DNA of 64,000 bases from Rikenellaceae bacterium. GTDB taxonomy: Bacteria; Bacteroidota; Bacteroidia; Bacteroidales; Rikenellaceae. Numbering within the stretch: the stretch's first letter is position 1; each line of letters begins with the position of its first letter. The stretch covers positions 9,121 through 73,120 of the forward strand of contig JAVBPS010000041.1 of NCBI GenBank assembly GCA_031549495.1, in the 5' to 3' direction. Of the stretch, positions 61,325 to 64,000 are shown one piece after another. A model generated the notes under the pieces. It saw only the letters and a program-made list of their open reading frames with translations. It searched no databases and was not told where the DNA came from. The position numbers and the translations under genes are program-made.

Positions 61325-64000
61325 ATGAAGAAATCTACCAATCAACGGACTGGCAGCGGTTCACTGGCCCGGCATCTGCGGGGATGGTGCGCGTTGGCGG
61401 CACTCACCCTGGCGTTGCTGCCTGCGACACTGAAAGCGCAAACGCTGTCGCTCGACATGAAAAACGTCCCCCTGAAGGAGGTTTTCGCGAGTGTGGAGAA
61501 GAATAGCGGTTACCGCTTCCTGTACAAGACCGACGATATCACCGGCGTTACGGCAGGCCCTGTCTTTGTCACCAATTCCGGGATAGAAGCCGTAATGGAG
61601 CAGTGCCTGGCAGGCACGCAACTCACGTACGAGAAGGACGGCAACCTGATCATCGTGCGCAAGAAAGACACGCCGCCCGCCCAAAAAGTCTCCATCGGCG
61701 GCCGTGTGACCGACCAGAACGGGATGGGCGTGGCCGGCGCGACGATCGTCGTGGAGGGTACCAACACAGGGACCGTCACGGACGCTTCGGGCCGCTACAA
61801 ACTCGAAACCTTCGGCCGCCCGGGCACCGTACTGTCGTTTTTCCAATTGGGTAAAGAATCCCGGCAGGTAACGTACACCGGCCAGAGCGACATCAGCGTC
61901 GTGCTCCGGGAGGACGAGACGCTGCTGGAATCGATCGTGGTGACCGGTTACCAGGATATCAAGCACCGGCAATCGGCCAGCGCCGTCACGACCGTCCTGG
62001 CCAAAGACATCCGCATGGACGGCGTGTCGACCATCGACCAATGGCTCCAGGGCCACGTCGCGGGCTTGACCGTGACCATACCGTCGGGCGAACCGACCGT
62101 CACGCCGAAAATCCGTATCCGCGGTAACTCCACCATCAACGGCAACAAAGCCCCGGTGTGGGTGGTCGACGGGGTGATCCTCGAACAACTCGTCCCCTTC
62201 ACCGCCTCCGACCTGAACTCCGAGGACGCCGAATACCTGATCGGTAACGCCATCGCCGGCCTGAATCCGCAGGACATCGAGACGATCACGGTGCTCAAGG
62301 ACGCTTCGGCCACCGCCATCTACGGGATCAAGGCCGCCAACGGGGTGATCGTCATCTCGACCAAGAGCGGCTCGGCCGGTGCGCCGCGCATCTCCTACTA
62401 CGGCGATTTCGCGTTCAACGCCCGCCCGTCATACAACCAGTTCGACCGTATGAATTCGCAGCAGCGCATGGAGCTGTCGAAGGAGATCGCCGACGCCGGG
62501 TTCGTCATCCGCGCGGCCCCCGTCACGGCCGACTCCTACGAGGGGTTGTTGCAGATGCTCTACCGCAGGCAGATCACCCAGGAGCAGTTCTCTTCGCAGG
62601 TCATGGCGATGCAGACCCGCAACACGGACTGGATGGACCTGCTGTTCCGCAACACGTTCTCCTACGCGCAGAACCTGAACGTCTCGGGCGGCACGCAGAA
62701 CGTGAAATATTATTTCTCCGCCGGTTTCAACAACACCCCGGGCGCCGTCCGCGGTTCGGACAACAAGCGTTTCACCTCGCTGGCCAAGATCGACGTGAAG
62801 GTCAACAAATGGCTCGATTTTATGGTCAAGATGGACTACAACCTGGTGGACAACACCGGCTACCACAGCTCGGTCAAACCGTTCGATATGGCCTATAAAT
62901 ATTCGCGTACGCTGGCGGCCTACAACGAGGACGGCTCCTACCACGTTTACGACCGCGCCAACGCCGGCGTCTATTACAACCTGCTCAAGGAGTTGGACCA
63001 GACCGGCAAGTCGGCCCGCAACAACGATTACAGCGGCTTGCTGAGCCTGAACATCAAGATCGCCAAGGGACTCTCCTATAACGGGGTCTTCTCGCTGAGC
63101 AACGGCAACAGCTCCACGCGCGACTGGGCCACCGACCGCTCCTATTACATCTCGAACCTGCGCGGCTACGAGTACCAGGCTTACGCGGAAACGGATTCGA
63201 AATACATCACCTCGAAATTGCCCTACGGCGGTATCCTCAGGCAGGGCTACGTGGGCCAGCGGGGATACACGGTGCGCAACATGCTCAATTACGTCGAGAC
63301 CTTCTGCGATGTGCACGAGGTGAACGTCACGGCCGGCAGCGAGATCCGCTCCAACAAATACACGGGCGTCACCACCACCGGTTACGGCTGGAATCCCGAC
63401 TACGGCGACAAGTTCATGCCGGTGATGACCTCCAATTTCGTAAGCGGCTACGTCAACACGGGCGCCCTGCTTCCGGTGAACAACAATCCGCCCCCCACCA
63501 ACGTGGCGTCGTTCCTGGCTTCGGCGATCTACTCCTACGACAAGCGCTATGTGATCAACGGCAACGTCCGCTCGGACGCCGCCAATAAATTCGGGACCAA
63601 CCCCAAATACCGTTGGCTGCCCACCTGGTCCGTGGCCGGCAAGTGGATCGTCACGGGCGAGCAATTCATGCAGAAGGCCAGATGGGCGGACGAGATCGCC
63701 CTGCGCGCCTCCTACGGCCTGCAAGGCAACATCCACGAGGACTCGACCCCCAACCTGATCGTCAAGACGGGCCAGCGCGACCCCGTGAGCGGCCTGGACT
63801 ATTCGACCATCGTACGCCTCCCCAACCCCGACCTGCGTTGGGAAAAGACCAGATCGTGGGACGTGGCCATCGACTTCTCGCTATTGCGCAACCGGGTGAA
63901 GGGTAGCTTCGACATCTACAAGAAACACACCTCCGACCTGATCATGTCCAAGGACGTGCCCTCCTCCACCGGCCGCACCTACATCTATATGAACAGCGGC
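61325..64000 (+). CDS. SusC/RagA-family TonB-dependent receptor with an N-terminal STN domain; first 892 codons, runs off the right edge
   Basis: Own translation from ATG 61325: MKKSTNQRTGSGSLARHLRGWCALAALTLALLPATLKAQTLSLDMKNVPLKEVFASVEKNSGYRFLYKTDDI... (STN), GGRVTDQNGMGVAGATIVVEGTNTGTVTDASGRY (CarboxypepD_reg), IVVTGYQDIKHRQSASA, VLKDASATAIYGIKAANGVIVISTK. The frame stays open to nt 64000, so it is not in the ORF track. Confidence 0.9.
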   Translation, partial: MKKSTNQRTGSGSLARHLRGWCALAALTLALLPATLKAQTLSLDMKNVPLKEVFASVEKNSGYRFLYKTDDITGVTAGPVFVTNSGIEAVMEQCLAGTQLTYEKDGNLIIVRKKDTPPAQKVSIGGRVTDQNGMGVAGATIVVEGTNTGTVTDASGRYKLETFGRPGTVLSFFQLGKESRQVTYTGQSDISVVLREDETLLESIVVTGYQDIKHRQSASAVTTVLAKDIRMDGVSTIDQWLQGHVAGLTVTIPSGEPTVTPKIRIRGNSTINGNKAPVWVVDGVILEQLVPFTASDLNSEDAEYLIGNAIAGLNPQDIETITVLKDASATAIYGIKAANGVIVISTKSGSAGAPRISYYGDFAFNARPSYNQFDRMNSQQRMELSKEIADAGFVIRAAPVTADSYEGLLQMLYRRQITQEQFSSQVMAMQTRNTDWMDLLFRNTFSYAQNLNVSGGTQNVKYYFSAGFNNTPGAVRGSDNKRFTSLAKIDVKVNKWLDFMVKMDYNLVDNTGYHSSVKPFDMAYKYSRTLAAYNEDGSYHVYDRANAGVYYNLLKELDQTGKSARNNDYSGLLSLNIKIAKGLSYNGVFSLSNGNSSTRDWATDRSYYISNLRGYEYQAYAETDSKYITSKLPYGGILRQGYVGQRGYTVRNMLNYVETFCDVHEVNVTAGSEIRSNKYTGVTTTGYGWNPDYGDKFMPVMTSNFVSGYVNTGALLPVNNNPPPTNVASFLASAIYSYDKRYVINGNVRSDAANKFGTNPKYRWLPTWSVAGKWIVTGEQFMQKARWADEIALRASYGLQGNIHEDSTPNLIVKTGQRDPVSGLDYSTIVRLPNPDLRWEKTRSWDVAIDFSLLRNRVKGSFDIYKKHTSDLIMSKDVPSSTGRTYIYMNSG

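Noticed and set aside
1-64000. A search for tRNA, rRNA, tmRNA, riboswitch, IS/transposase, integrase, toxin-antitoxin, restriction-modification or other defence genes.
   Set aside because: No ORF has matching motifs, and no cloverleaf-like or rRNA-like segment stood out in the spacers. Every gap longer than 100 nt is accounted for by promoters, terminators or the repeats described. A covariance-model scan (Infernal/Rfam, tRNAscan-SE) would be the decisive check.

Overview
GC-rich (about 60% by eye) Bacteroidota chromosomal segment. The phylum call rests on SusC/SusD pairs, BACON/FISUMP lipoproteins, an HTCS regulator and TAnnTTTG promoter boxes; an Alistipes/Rikenellaceae-like origin is only a guess. 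I call 36 CDS, nearly all secreted or lipoproteins, forming a run of polysaccharide-utilisation-type loci. There are four SusC/SusD-type systems under three regulatory logics. (1) 1-22.1 kb: a hybrid two-component system (HTCS) flanked by a divergent sulfatase and a susC/susD operon carrying a second Ser-type sulfatase, a raffinose-synthase/Sip1-like GH36 protein, two tandem uncharacterised TIM-barrel-like lipoproteins, an esterase, a BACON lipoprotein, a nucleoside-hydrolase-like protein and a GH30. (2) 22.4-34.3 kb: an ECF-sigma/anti-sigma/STN-SusC system in a mirror-image layout, with three serine hydrolases and no recognisable glycoside hydrolase. (3) 34.5-40.9 kb: a 474-bp element bounded by inverted repeats abutting a secreted cyanophycinase, followed by a TAT-exported Gfo/Idh/MocA oxidoreductase and a 1147-aa HEAT + 2x DUF1080 protein. 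(4) 41.3-59.3 kb: a DUF6377-type regulator with susC/susD, fasciclin, GH99-like, GH31, GH2-malectin, an unknown hydrolase and a SASA esterase. (5) 59.5 kb to the right edge: a canonical ECF sigma, FecR, STN-SusC locus, truncated by the window. I saw no rRNA, tRNA, CRISPR, transposase, integrase or phage genes. The best leads are: (a) a regulatory module conserved to the nucleotide in spacing (CGGRCAA boxes + GCGGGATAT + -7 box), present in opposite orientation upstream of the sulfatase and susC on either side of the HTCS gene; (b) the IR-bounded element (MITE or invertible switch) 7 nt upstream of the cyanophycinase; (c) the oxidoreductase + HEAT-2xDUF1080 pair as a possible oxidative, non-hydrolytic glycoside-cleavage module; (d) the hydrolase-only mirror-image ECF locus; (e) a dispersed family of about 30-bp-stem palindromic repeats at 3' gene ends. 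All functional calls come from motif recognition by eye, with no database search.
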